From the NCBI GenBank assembly GCA_038213805.1, contig JBBQSO010000093.1, positions 1 to 19,374 of the forward strand: a stretch of DNA of 19,374 bases. The letters run 5' to 3'. Within the stretch, counting starts at the first letter, position 1; each line of letters opens with the position of its first letter. Of the stretch, positions 8,275-17,588 are shown piece by piece. The notes beneath the pieces were generated by a model. That model saw only the letters and a list, made by a program, of their open reading frames with translations, was not told the origin of the DNA and did not search any database. Source of the DNA: Planctomycetota bacterium (GTDB taxonomy: Bacteria; Planctomycetota; UBA11346). The position numbers and the translations under genes were made by a program.

Positions 8275-9522
8275 TCACTCGCCGATGGTGCCGAGCGGCT
8301 TCCGGGTGAGGGGGAAGCGCTGATCATGGCGGGACCCGCCATCATCGTTGCCGTCGAAACCGACACTATAGCCGCCGATGACCCGGCCGTGAAGGACCAG
8401 GGGGCGCAACGCGTGGCCTCTGCGGTCGAGCAGATCCTCCGGCCAGGGCCGCAGGCGCATCTCCGCGGCGATCAGGCGCGTGCGGAGAACATTGGTCGCC
8501 AGGGAGAGGGCGTAGGAGTACTGCCATTCCCGCAAGAAGACGTAGGAGAGGAGCGCGACCGGCGAGAGCATGCCCCGCCCCCGGAGCGCAATCGACTCCC
8601 GCTGCGCCTCGTCGACCCAGTCGCGCACGCGCTCATGGGAGCGTACGTAGGCCGCATAGTCGCCCATCCCATCGATGAGGCCGCCACGCCCGCCCCTGAA
8701 TATGAGCTCGTTGAGGGGGAAGAACTCCATGTACTTCGGTAGCGAGATGCCCAGGGTCTTGCCCGCGGCGTTGAAGCCGGTGCGGAACAGCCCAACATAG
8801 ATGATGGGCTGGGCCGCGAGGTCACGCGGGAATCCCGCCACCAGCCGATCGGCGGTCGCTTCCAGGTCGGCAGCCAGGGCCGGGCTGAAGAGCGCGCCAT
8901 TCGCCATGCGGTTGATGATAGCCCGGTCCAAGTCGGACAGCCAACTGTATACGTACGGCCGGCCTTGCTGGAGGCGCAGCACCGCCAGGGCCGCGCGCGC
9001 CGCGCGTTCGGCCTCCGGAACGGGGGCGGCCAAGACGCGTTGGCGCAGGAAGTGGCCCGACCGGTAGCTGTTCAGGTCATCGCCATACCCGACCTGGAAG
9101 TCCGCGGTGGGGGCAAACGGCTGGTCCCCTATTCCGAGCAGCGTGTCTTCGAGTTCCGCCACCGCGACCGCATCGCGACTGTCCTGGAAGGCGCGGATGC
9201 CCGCGGAAACGGAAACCTCAGGCCGCATGTCCCAGTAGTCGTTGCGGTAGGTGTCAAGAGCGTTGGCGAGGATGCCAATCCGGCGCGCGGCCGCGAGGCG
9301 CTCCGGAGTTGCCGCTATCCTGCCCCACTCCCGTCCGTTGGTCGGCAGCCCCGCTGCGCGCAAGCGGCTCTCGGCGGCGTCGAGATCCGTCTGCGTCCCG
9401 CACCACCACCACAGCAGCAGGCCGGCGGCCAGCGGCAGACCGAAGGCGAGTCCCGCCAGCAGCCACCAGCCGCGCCGGCTGCGGCGCGGTGCGGCGGCGG
9501 TGACCGGCGGCGACGCGTTCAC
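8275..9522 (-). CDS. Membrane-anchored hypothetical protein, 415 aa
   Basis: GTG start overlaps the trpD stop (GTGA). N-terminal RRSRR plus hydrophobic WWLLAGLAFGLPLAAGLLLWWW. C-terminal YSVGFDGNDDGG motif. Confidence 0.72.
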   Translation of the reverse strand: MNASPPVTAAAPRRSRRGWWLLAGLAFGLPLAAGLLLWWWCGTQTDLDAAESRLRAAGLPTNGREWGRIAATPERLAAARRIGILANALDTYRNDYWDMRPEVSVSAGIRAFQDSRDAVAVAELEDTLLGIGDQPFAPTADFQVGYGDDLNSYRSGHFLRQRVLAAPVPEAERAARAALAVLRLQQGRPYVYSWLSDLDRAIINRMANGALFSPALAADLEATADRLVAGFPRDLAAQPIIYVGLFRTGFNAAGKTLGISLPKYMEFFPLNELIFRGGRGGLIDGMGDYAAYVRSHERVRDWVDEAQRESIALRGRGMLSPVALLSYVFLREWQYSYALSLATNVLRTRLIAAEMRLRPWPEDLLDRRGHALRPLVLHGRVIGGYSVGFDGNDDGGSRHDQRFPLTRKPLGTIGE

Positions 9523-10562
9523 GGTGCCGCGGCCAGCTCCCGCGCCAGCGCCTGGTGCTTCGCGAACGCCGTCGCCACCGTGCCGTTCGCGAGGGCGGCG
9601 CGCGCCGCCGCGATGCCCTGGCCGTCGGCGAGGATCGGCCGGCCGTGCCAGCAGTCGAGCGCGGCGCCGGCATTGACGCACACCAGATCGAGCAGGGGGC
9701 CGCGCTCTTCGCCTGAGAGCAGGCGCAGGAAGAGGTGTTTGTTGACCGGTGCGTCGCCGCCCGGCAGCTGGTCGTGGGTCAGTCCGGGCTGGTGGAAGTG
9801 TTCGGCGATGCGGTGGTGGACGCGGCCGTCGTGGATCTCCCACAGGTGGCTGGGGCCGGAGATCGACAATTCATCGATGCCGGGGTGGCCCAGCACCACC
9901 ACCGCGCGCTCGCTGCCCAGGCGCAGCAGCGCCTCGGCGACCACGCGCGCGACGCGTTCGTCACTGACGCCGACGATTTGGCGACGCGGGCGGAAGGGGT
10001 TGGCGAGCGGACCGGCGAGGTTGAAGACGGTGCGGCGCACCTGAAGCGCGGCGAGTTTGCGCGCCGGCGCGACGGCGGCGACCGCCGGATGCACCTGGCG
10101 CGCGAACAGGAAACATACGCCGCTCTCGGCGTGCAGGCGGGCGAGGCGCTCCGGGGACAGCTGGTAAGGCACCTCAAGCGCGTCGAGCAGGTCGAAGCCG
10201 CCATTCGGCCGCGCACTGCCGCGGTTACCGTGCTTGGCCACCGGCACGCCCAGGGCTGCGAGCACGAAGGCGGCCGTGGTCGAGACGTTGAAGCGCGTCA
10301 GGCCGCTGCCGCCCGTGCCGCACAGGTCCATGCACGCCGGGCTGGCCACGACCTGGGCGCGCGCGAGCAGGTTCCACACCACCGCCGCGAGCTCGACCGC
10401 GGTCTCGCCGCGGCGCGTCCACGCGACCAGCAGCTCGGCGCCCTCCTCGGCGCTGAGCTGACCGCTGATGAGCAGGTCGACGACCGCGCCGGTCTCGGCC
10501 TCACTCATGCCGGCGGGGCTGAGGACCTGGCGCTGTGCGGCGGTGAAGGCGGGGCTGGGCAT
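9519..10562 (-). CDS. trpD: Anthranilate phosphoribosyltransferase, 347 aa
   Basis: DLCGTGGSG, FNVST, VAKHGNR, RTVFNLAGPLANP and GIDE motifs. Confidence 0.94.
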   Translation of the reverse strand: MPSPAFTAAQRQVLSPAGMSEAETGAVVDLLISGQLSAEEGAELLVAWTRRGETAVELAAVVWNLLARAQVVASPACMDLCGTGGSGLTRFNVSTTAAFVLAALGVPVAKHGNRGSARPNGGFDLLDALEVPYQLSPERLARLHAESGVCFLFARQVHPAVAAVAPARKLAALQVRRTVFNLAGPLANPFRPRRQIVGVSDERVARVVAEALLRLGSERAVVVLGHPGIDELSISGPSHLWEIHDGRVHHRIAEHFHQPGLTHDQLPGGDAPVNKHLFLRLLSGEERGPLLDLVCVNAGAALDCWHGRPILADGQGIAAARAALANGTVATAFAKHQALARELAAAP

Positions 10563-10674
10563 GGTCGTTTCCCGCGCCGGCGGTGCGGCGGCGCTCTGCT
10601 GGTTCTAGGCAGCTGGGGGATGCCGCCAAGCACCCGCGGGATGCCCGCGGCACGGGCCGCACGACACACCGCCA

Positions 10675-13248
10675 TCACTCGCGTGGGCGGCCCCTGGCCT
10701 GCGGCGGCGCGGTCAGTGGATCGTCGGGCCAGGAGTGCTTGGGGTAGCGCGCGCGCAGGTCCTTGCGCACCTGCGGGTAGGTGTTGGCCCAGAACGAGGC
10801 CAGGTCCTGGGTGATCTGCTCGACGCGGTAGTTGGGTGCGAGCAGGTGTAGCAGCACCGGCACGCGTCCGCGTGCCAGACGTGGCGTCTCCTTCACGCCG
10901 AACAGCTCCTGCAGGCGCACCGCCAGGATCGGCGCGCGCTCCAGGCTGTACTGCAGGCGGATGGCGTTGCCGGTGGGCACGGTGAAGCGTTCGGGCGCGT
11001 GCTCGGCCAGGGCCAGCTGCTGGGCGCGGTCGAGACGCGCCGCCAGCCAGTCGCGCGCCGGCTTGGCGACCACCTCGGCGCGCGTGCTGCAGCCGGCGCA
11101 CAGCTCGCGCACCAGTTCGGCGAGGTCGGCGTCGCCGAGTTCGGGCAGGGCCAGTTCGGGCAGCTGGGTGCGCAGCCAGGCGACGCGCGCCAGCCATGAG
11201 CGCAGCGCGAGCTGCTGCTCGTCCTCGCCGTCCTCGGGGCCGAGCAGCAGGGCGCGCGCCTGGGGTGCGAGCGCCTCCGCGAGCAGCGCCGAGGCCGCTG
11301 CGGCGTCGCCGGGCTGGCCGGGGGCCTCGCGCACCGCCAGGTCGCGGTACATCCAGCGGATGGCGCTGACCACCCGCCCGCGCTCGGCGTCGTAGGCCAA
11401 GCGCTCTTCGCGGCGCACGCCGCCGGGCAGCTCGGTCAGCCAGGCCTCGTCGATCTCCGCGCCCTGGCGCATCAACACCACCGGCTTGCCGCCGCGCATC
11501 AGCTCCTGCAGCTCGGTGGCGATCAGCAGGGGGGCGCGCTCCTGACCCTTGGCCGCGTACAGTGCCGAGCCGCGGTCGATCTCGATGGCCACGCCACCGG
11601 CCAGGGCGGCGCGGTTGGCGTCGCCGCTGCGCCGGGCGACGCGGTCCGGATAGGCGGCGAGCAGCAGGCGGCAGATCTGCTCCGGGTCGGCGCTGCGCTC
11701 GCGATCGGATTGGCGCCAGCCGCCGCCCCACGAGGCGAGGATCTCGTCGCGCGCCTGCACCACCTGCGCGCAGGCGCCGGGATCGATGCCCTGGCTGCGC
11801 AGGTGCCCGGCGAAGCGCGCCTTGACCGCGTCGGCGAGCAGATCGAGGCGCTCGAGCGCGTCGCATGGCGCGGGGTCGGCCGGCGGCTCGTCGTGGCGCT
11901 GGGGCAGGCGCACGTCGCGCTCACCGGCGAGCGCGGCGAGAGTGGCGCCGAGCTGCAGGCACTGCGCCTGGGCGGCGGCGTGCAGCAGGCGCCCGAGGCG
12001 CGGGTGCAGCGGCAGTCCGGCGAGGCGTTCGCCGAGCTGGGTGAGGCCGGCCCAGGGCGCGGTGAGTGCGCCGAGCAGGTGCAGCAGCTCCTCGGCGGCC
12101 GCGCCGCGCGCCGCCTCGGGCGGGTCGAACCACGGGAAGGTGCGGGTGTCGGCGTAGCCCAGGCCCTTGAGCGCGAGCGTCACCGGCGCGAGGTCGACGC
12201 GGCGGATCTCCGGCGCGGTCGCGGCCTCGAGGCGGCCGTCGGCGAGCGGCGTCCACAGGCGGATGCAGCGCCCCGGCGCGGTGCGTCCCGCGCGGCCGGC
12301 GCGCTGCACCGCGGACTGGCGGCTGATCGCCTGCAGGCGCAGCTCGTCCAGGCCGGTGCCGGGGTCGTGGCGCAGCACGCGTGCCTGGCCGGAGTCGATC
12401 ACCGTGCGCACGCCGGGGATGGTCACCGAGGTCTCGGCGACGTTGGTGGAGAGCACGATGCGCGGGCGCGGGCCGGGTGACAGCGCGCGGTCCTGCTCCT
12501 CGGGCGGCAGCGAGCCGTGCAACGGCAGCACGTCGACGCCCTGAATGGTCTCGAGCGCGCGCTGGCAGGCGCGGATCTCGCCCATGCCGGCGAGGAACAC
12601 CAGGATGTCGCCGCACTGCGGGTCGAGGCGCGCCTGCGTCACGCAGCGCGCCACGGTGTCGCCGATGGCAAGGTCCTGCGCACCCTGCCAGTGGCTGGTG
12701 ACGACCGGGAACATCCGCCCGGGCGACTCCACCACTGCGCAGCCGCCGAGAAATTCTGCGACTGGCGCCGCGTCCATGGTCGCCGACATCACCACGATGA
12801 CGAGGTCGTCGCGCACGGTGCGCTGCAGCTCGCGCAGGTAGGACAGCGCCAGGTCGGTATGCAGGCTGCGTTCGTGGAATTCGTCGAGGATCACCACGCC
12901 GACCCCGTCCAGGTAGGGATCGGCCTGGAGCTGGCGGGTCAGCGAGCCCTCGGTCATCACCCACAGCCGGGTCGCCGGCCCGCCGCTCTTCTCAAAGCGC
13001 ACGCGGAAGCCGACCTCGCGCCCGAGCTGCCAGCCCTGCTCGTGGGCGATGCGCCGCGCCAGCGCCTTGGCCGCGAGCCGGCGCGGCTGCAGCAGGTAGA
13101 CCTGCTTGGCCGTCAAGGAGACCAGCAGCGGCGGCACGCGTGTGCTCTTGCCCGCGCCCGGCGGTGCGGTCAGCACCAACGCCCGACCTTCCGCCAAGCG
13201 GGCGCGCAGCTCGGGCAGGACCTCGTCGATGGGCAGGGGGTCAGGCAC
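10675..13248 (-). CDS. hrpB: ATP-dependent RNA helicase HrpB, 857 aa
   Basis: APPGAGKST, DEFHER, MSAT, TNVAETSVT and QRAGRAGR, plus the HrpB C-terminus SFWANTYPQVRKDLRARYPKHSWPDDP. Confidence 0.96.
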   Translation of the reverse strand: MPDPLPIDEVLPELRARLAEGRALVLTAPPGAGKSTRVPPLLVSLTAKQVYLLQPRRLAAKALARRIAHEQGWQLGREVGFRVRFEKSGGPATRLWVMTEGSLTRQLQADPYLDGVGVVILDEFHERSLHTDLALSYLRELQRTVRDDLVIVVMSATMDAAPVAEFLGGCAVVESPGRMFPVVTSHWQGAQDLAIGDTVARCVTQARLDPQCGDILVFLAGMGEIRACQRALETIQGVDVLPLHGSLPPEEQDRALSPGPRPRIVLSTNVAETSVTIPGVRTVIDSGQARVLRHDPGTGLDELRLQAISRQSAVQRAGRAGRTAPGRCIRLWTPLADGRLEAATAPEIRRVDLAPVTLALKGLGYADTRTFPWFDPPEAARGAAAEELLHLLGALTAPWAGLTQLGERLAGLPLHPRLGRLLHAAAQAQCLQLGATLAALAGERDVRLPQRHDEPPADPAPCDALERLDLLADAVKARFAGHLRSQGIDPGACAQVVQARDEILASWGGGWRQSDRERSADPEQICRLLLAAYPDRVARRSGDANRAALAGGVAIEIDRGSALYAAKGQERAPLLIATELQELMRGGKPVVLMRQGAEIDEAWLTELPGGVRREERLAYDAERGRVVSAIRWMYRDLAVREAPGQPGDAAAASALLAEALAPQARALLLGPEDGEDEQQLALRSWLARVAWLRTQLPELALPELGDADLAELVRELCAGCSTRAEVVAKPARDWLAARLDRAQQLALAEHAPERFTVPTGNAIRLQYSLERAPILAVRLQELFGVKETPRLARGRVPVLLHLLAPNYRVEQITQDLASFWANTYPQVRKDLRARYPKHSWPDDPLTAPPQARGRPRE

Positions 13249-13295
13249 GGGGGCGGGATGTTCGTCGGCGGTGGCGCGGGGGGAAGGGCCAGGGG

Positions 13296-13358
13296 GACTC
13301 GAGACGCGAGACGCGAGACGCGAGACGCGAGACGCGAGACCCTAGACCCTAGACCCTA
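13296..13358. repeat. Composite heptamer array GACTCGA (GACGCGA)5 (GACCCTA)3
   Basis: Nine units in unbroken 7-bp register. Confidence 0.96.
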
Positions 13359-13433
13359 GGAAACCGGCTGGCGCCTCAGGAGAAATGCAACGTCGCGCGC
13401 GCTGGCGCGCGCGGGGCGGAGTTCTCGGCTGTC

Positions 13434-13475
13434 TCTAGGGTCTAGGGTCTAGGGATTATGGTTTATGGTCTAGGC
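13434..13475. repeat. Heptamer array (TCTAGGG)3 ATTATGG TTTATGG TCTAGGC, inverted relative to 13338-13359
   Basis: Six units in register. 13340-13359 and 13435-13454 form a perfect 20-bp inverted repeat. Confidence 0.93.
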
Positions 13476-13527
13476 CCCCAACTCCCCCTTGGCTGGCGCA
13501 AAAACCCCCGGATCGTCCGGCCTACCC

Positions 13528-14589
13528 ATGCGCTACCTCACCGACGACCTGCGCATCGACAAGCTGCGCCCGCTGCTGCCCCCCGCCATCCTGATGGAGG
13601 AGCTGCCGGTGAGCGAGCGCGCCTCGACCATCGTCGCGCTCGCGCGCCAGGCGGTCAGCCGCATCCTGCGCGGCGAGGATGACCGCCTGGTGGTGGTGGT
13701 CGGGCCGTGCTCGATCCACGACCTCGGCGCGGCCGAGGACTACGCGGTGCGCCTCAAAGCCCTCGCCGAGGAGCTGCGCCACGAACTTTACGTGGTGATG
13801 CGCGTGTACTTCGAGAAGCCGCGCACCACCACCGGCTGGAAGGGTCTGATCAACGATCCGCGCCTCGACGGTACTTTCAGCATCAACGAGGGGCTGCGCA
13901 AAGGTCGCCGCCTGCTCTGCGATCTCGCCGAGATGGGCATGCCGGCGGGCTGCGAGTTCCTCGACCCGATCAGCCCGCAGTTTTTCGCCGATCTGGTGAG
14001 CTGGGGGGCGATCGGCGCGCGCACCACCGAGAGCCAGGTGCACCGCGAGCTGGCCTCGGGCCTGTCCGTGCCGGTCGGTTTCAAGAACGGCACCGACGGC
14101 AACCTGCAGATCGCGGTCGATGCGATCCGCGCGGCCGGCAACCCGCACCACTTCCTTTCGGTCAGCAAGGACGGCCTCGCCGCGATCGTCTCGACCAGGG
14201 GCAATCCCGACTGCCACCTCATCCTGCGCGGCTCGAGTTCCGGCCCGAACTACGCGCTTGAGCACGTCACGCGCGCCGCCGACACGCTGATCAAGGCCGG
14301 CCTGCCCGCGCGCCTGATGGTCGACTGCAGCCACGGCAACAGCAGCAAGGACTACCGCCGCCAGCCCGAGGTCGCCGCCGACCTCGCCCAGCAGCTCGCG
14401 AACGGTTCAGGCACGATCTTCGGCGTGATGATGGAGAGCCACCTCGTCGGCGGTCGTCAGGACCTCAAGCCTGGCTGCCAGCTGGCCTACGGTCAGAGCA
14501 TCACCGACGCGTGCCTCGGCTGGGAGGAGACCGTGCCGGTGCTGCACCAGCTCGCGGAGGCGGTGCGCACGCGGCGCGCGCGGAAATAG
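13528..14589 (+). CDS. aroG: 3-deoxy-7-phosphoheptulonate (DAHP) synthase, class I-alpha (AroF/G/H type), 353 aa
   Basis: VGPCSIHD, RVYFEKPRT, IGARTTESQVHRELASG, GFKNGTDG, DCSHGNS and YGQSITDAC. Feedback specificity cannot be determined from the sequence. Confidence 0.95.
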   Translation: MRYLTDDLRIDKLRPLLPPAILMEELPVSERASTIVALARQAVSRILRGEDDRLVVVVGPCSIHDLGAAEDYAVRLKALAEELRHELYVVMRVYFEKPRTTTGWKGLINDPRLDGTFSINEGLRKGRRLLCDLAEMGMPAGCEFLDPISPQFFADLVSWGAIGARTTESQVHRELASGLSVPVGFKNGTDGNLQIAVDAIRAAGNPHHFLSVSKDGLAAIVSTRGNPDCHLILRGSSSGPNYALEHVTRAADTLIKAGLPARLMVDCSHGNSSKDYRRQPEVAADLAQQLANGSGTIFGVMMESHLVGGRQDLKPGCQLAYGQSITDACLGWEETVPVLHQLAEAVRTRRARK

Positions 14590-14595
14590 CGGGAA

Positions 14596-16704
14596 TCAGG
14601 CCAGCCCGGTCTGCCTGAGCAGCGCCGCCGTGCTCGGCGCGCGCCCGCGGAAGGCGGTGAACACCGTCAGCGGATGCTGGCTGCCACCCAGCGCCAACAC
14701 GGTGTCGCGGAAGCGCGCACCGGTGGCGGCAACCGCGGCGGGATCGTCGAGACCGGCGTCTTCGAAGGCGCCGAAGGCGTCGGCGGACAGCACCTCGGCC
14801 CACTTGTAGCTGTAGTATCCCGCCGCGTAGCCGCCGGCGAAGATGTGCGAAAAGCCGCACAGGAAGCGGTCCTCGGGCAGTGGCTGCAGCACCATGTTGG
14901 CGCGCGCGATGCGTTGCTGCACTGCCAGCACATCCTCGCGGGCCGGGTCGTAGCGGTGGTGCAGTTCAAGGTCGAGCAGCGACAGGTAGCCCTGACGCGC
15001 GGTCGCGGAACCGGCGCGGAAGGTGCGCGCCGCGCGGAGCTTGGTGAACAGCTCGCGCGGCAGCGGCGCGCCGGTCAGGAAGTGGCGCGCCAACCCGGGC
15101 CGGCCGCCCGCGCCGTAGACGGTCGGCTCGTGGTAGCACCAGTTCTCCATGAACTGGCTGGGCAGCTCGACCGCGTCCCACTCGACGTTGTTGATGCCGG
15201 CCGCCTCGACGTAGGGCACGCGCGTCAGCATGTGCTGCAGGCCGTGGCCGAACTCGTGGAACAGCGTCTCGACCTCGCGGAAGGTCATCAGCGAGGGCGT
15301 GTCGCCGACCGGCGGGGTCTGGTTGCAGACCAGGTAGGCGATCGGCAGGCGCCAGCCGCCGCCGGCGAGCTGCTTGCGGTCGAGGGCGTTGTCCATCCAC
15401 GCGCCGCCGCGCTTGTTCGCCGGGCGGCTGTAGGGATCGAGGTAGAACGCGGCGAGGTCGCGGCCCGCCGCGTCGGCGATGCGGAAGAAGCGCACCGTGG
15501 GATCCCATACCGGCACCTCGCCGTCGGCGGCGCGCACGCGCACCCCGAACAGGCGCTCGGCGGTGGCGAACAGCCCGTCCAGCACGTTCGGCAGGGCGAA
15601 GTACGGCCGCAGCTCCTCGTCGGTGTAGGCGTAGCGCTGTTCGCGCAGGCGTTCCGCCCAGTAGGCGATGTCCCAGTGGCGCAGCTCCAGCGCCGGGTCG
15701 CCGGACTGGGCGCGCGCCAGCGCGGTCAGCTCGGCGAGCTCGGCGCGCGCCTTGGGCAGCGCGGCGGTGCGCAGGTCGGCGAAGAGGCCTTCAACCTCGG
15801 AGACGCCCGGCGCCATCTTCGCGGCCAGCGACAGCTCGGCGAAGGAGGCGAAGCCGAGCAGCGCCGCCTTCTCCTTGCGCAGCGCCAGGATGCTGGTGAG
15901 CAGCGGCTGGTTGTCGGTCGCGCCGGACGAGGCGCGGGTCACGTAGGCGCGGTAGAGCGCCTCGCGCAGGTCGGCGCGGCGGCTGTGCTCCATGAACGGG
16001 ATGTAGGCCGGCGCGTCAAGCGTGATGCGCCACGGTCCACGCTCGGCGTCGGCGGGCCGGCTGGCGTCGGCGGCGTGCGCGGCCTGGGCCGCGGCGGCGC
16101 GCAGGCTGGCGGGCAGGCCCTCGACCTCGGCCGGGGTGGTGAGATCCAGGGCGAAGGCCTTGTTGGCGTCGAGCAGGTGGTTGCTGAATTCGGTGCCGAG
16201 TTTGGCCAGCTCCATCTCGATCGCCTGGAAGCGCGCGCGCGCCGCGCCGCTGAGACCGACACCGGCGTGTTCCGCTCCGCGGATGGCCAGGCCCAGGATG
16301 CGCTGCTGCGCGGCATCGAGCGCGGCTGCGCCCGGGCCGTCGCGTAGCGCGATCAGACCCTGATACAGGGGCACGCTCTGCCCGACGCGCATGAAGGCGG
16401 CGACCACCTCGCTCTGCACGGCCTCCTGGGCGGCGCGCAGCGCGGGGCTGTTCTGCACGCCGAGCAGATGCTGGGTGACGCCCCAGGCGTAGCCCAGTGG
16501 CTCGGTCAGCGCCGTCATGCGCGCGATCAAGCCGTCCCAGCTCGGTACCAGCGTCTGTTCCAGATCGGCCAGGCCCGCTTCCAGGCGTGGCAGCAGGGCC
16601 CGCACCGCGGGCACCACGTGCGCAGCACCGATCAGGTCGAAGCGCGCCGGCGCGTCGTGGGCAAAGAGCGGATTGGCCGCGGGGTCGAGGCTGGGCGTGG
16701 GCAT
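14596..16704 (-). CDS. prlC: Oligopeptidase A (M3A metallopeptidase), 702 aa
   Basis: FHEFGHGLQH zinc motif, KRGGAWM, WDAVELPSQFMENW and FSHIFAGGYAAGYYSYKWAEVLSADAF. Confidence 0.95.
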   Translation of the reverse strand: MPTPSLDPAANPLFAHDAPARFDLIGAAHVVPAVRALLPRLEAGLADLEQTLVPSWDGLIARMTALTEPLGYAWGVTQHLLGVQNSPALRAAQEAVQSEVVAAFMRVGQSVPLYQGLIALRDGPGAAALDAAQQRILGLAIRGAEHAGVGLSGAARARFQAIEMELAKLGTEFSNHLLDANKAFALDLTTPAEVEGLPASLRAAAAQAAHAADASRPADAERGPWRITLDAPAYIPFMEHSRRADLREALYRAYVTRASSGATDNQPLLTSILALRKEKAALLGFASFAELSLAAKMAPGVSEVEGLFADLRTAALPKARAELAELTALARAQSGDPALELRHWDIAYWAERLREQRYAYTDEELRPYFALPNVLDGLFATAERLFGVRVRAADGEVPVWDPTVRFFRIADAAGRDLAAFYLDPYSRPANKRGGAWMDNALDRKQLAGGGWRLPIAYLVCNQTPPVGDTPSLMTFREVETLFHEFGHGLQHMLTRVPYVEAAGINNVEWDAVELPSQFMENWCYHEPTVYGAGGRPGLARHFLTGAPLPRELFTKLRAARTFRAGSATARQGYLSLLDLELHHRYDPAREDVLAVQQRIARANMVLQPLPEDRFLCGFSHIFAGGYAAGYYSYKWAEVLSADAFGAFEDAGLDDPAAVAATGARFRDTVLALGGSQHPLTVFTAFRGRAPSTAALLRQTGLA

Positions 16705-16803
16705 GGGATCCTCAACGGGATGCGCAGCCTGCGCACGCCGCTCGCGCAGGTGCCGGCATGCGCGGGATGGAACCGGAATCTGCCGGCCGCAGCCGCGCCG
16801 GGT

Positions 16804-17019
16804 TCAGGCTCCGGCGGGGACGCCGCCCGTGGTCTGCAGCATGGCGAGCACGGTGCGCCGCGCGGTGACGCGGTCGACCCAGTGGCGGTTCTGGATCTTG
16901 GCGATGAGCAGGTCGATGCGCTGCTGGCTCTCGCTGAGATCAAGGACGGTCAGGCGCGGGCACTGCTTGCGCAGTTTCGGCAGGAGCTGCTGCCACTGGT
17001 CATCGGGAATGGTGAGCAT
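16804..17019 (-). CDS. Small protein, 71 aa, CsbD/YjbJ-like
   Basis: MLTIPDDQWQQLLPKLRKQCPRLTVLDLSESQQRIDLLIAKIQNRH fits the W-x-Q-L...LT-x-x-DL...L-x-x-KIQ-x-R pattern of CsbD/YjbJ. It fills an otherwise empty gap and has GGAAG upstream. Confidence 0.65.
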   Translation of the reverse strand: MLTIPDDQWQQLLPKLRKQCPRLTVLDLSESQQRIDLLIAKIQNRHWVDRVTARRTVLAMLQTTGGVPAGA

Positions 17020-17164
17020 GGGCTTCCAGGGTTCGCGGAATCGCATCCTAAAGGCCGTGGGCGCGGGTCCAGTGCTGTCGGCTGGCACCGTGGGGCGCGC
17101 GCGGGGTCGCGTACCCAGCGACTCCTCCCCATTGCCACCCGGGGCTTCCCGGGACGATGCGCCC

Positions 17165-17587
17165 ATGCCCAGCCTGTTCACGCGCATCATCGCCGGCGAG
17201 ATCCCAGCGCAGTTCGTCTTCCAGGAGGCGCACTGGGTCGCCTTCCTGGACATCAAGCCGACGGCGCCGGGGCATGCCCTGCTGGTGCCGCGGCTGGAGG
17301 TGCAGCATCTCGGCGACCTGACGGCCGAGCTGCAGGCGGGCTTCGGCGTCCACCTCGCGCGCCTGATCGCGACGGTCAAACGCGCCAGCGGTGCGCCGGC
17401 GGCCAACGTGCTGATCAACGACGGCCCCGCGGCCAACCAGGCCATCCCGCACGTCCATGCCCACGTCATCCCGCGTTTTCCCGGCGACGGGCGCGTGGTG
17501 CATCCTCCGGGCGCGCCCTACGCCGACGCGGCCGAAGCCGCGGCCTGGGGCGACCGCTTGCGTGCGGCCTGGGCGGCGGGCGCCTGA
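17165..17587 (+). CDS. HIT family nucleotide hydrolase, 140 aa
   Basis: SLFTRIIAGEIP, AFLDIKPTAPGHALLVP and the histidine triad QAIPHVHAHVIPR. Confidence 0.93.
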   Translation: MPSLFTRIIAGEIPAQFVFQEAHWVAFLDIKPTAPGHALLVPRLEVQHLGDLTAELQAGFGVHLARLIATVKRASGAPAANVLINDGPAANQAIPHVHAHVIPRFPGDGRVVHPPGAPYADAAEAAAWGDRLRAAWAAGA

Positions 17588-17588
17588 C

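Noticed and set aside
8014..8742. ORFs 8014-8226 (-) and 8230-8742 (+)
   Set aside because: The first covers a promoter-like region and has no motifs. The second is antisense to the better-supported 415-aa gene.
5503..13475. CRISPR array interpretation of the repeats
   Set aside because: Units are 7-8 bp and directly tandem with no unique spacers, and no cas genes are present.
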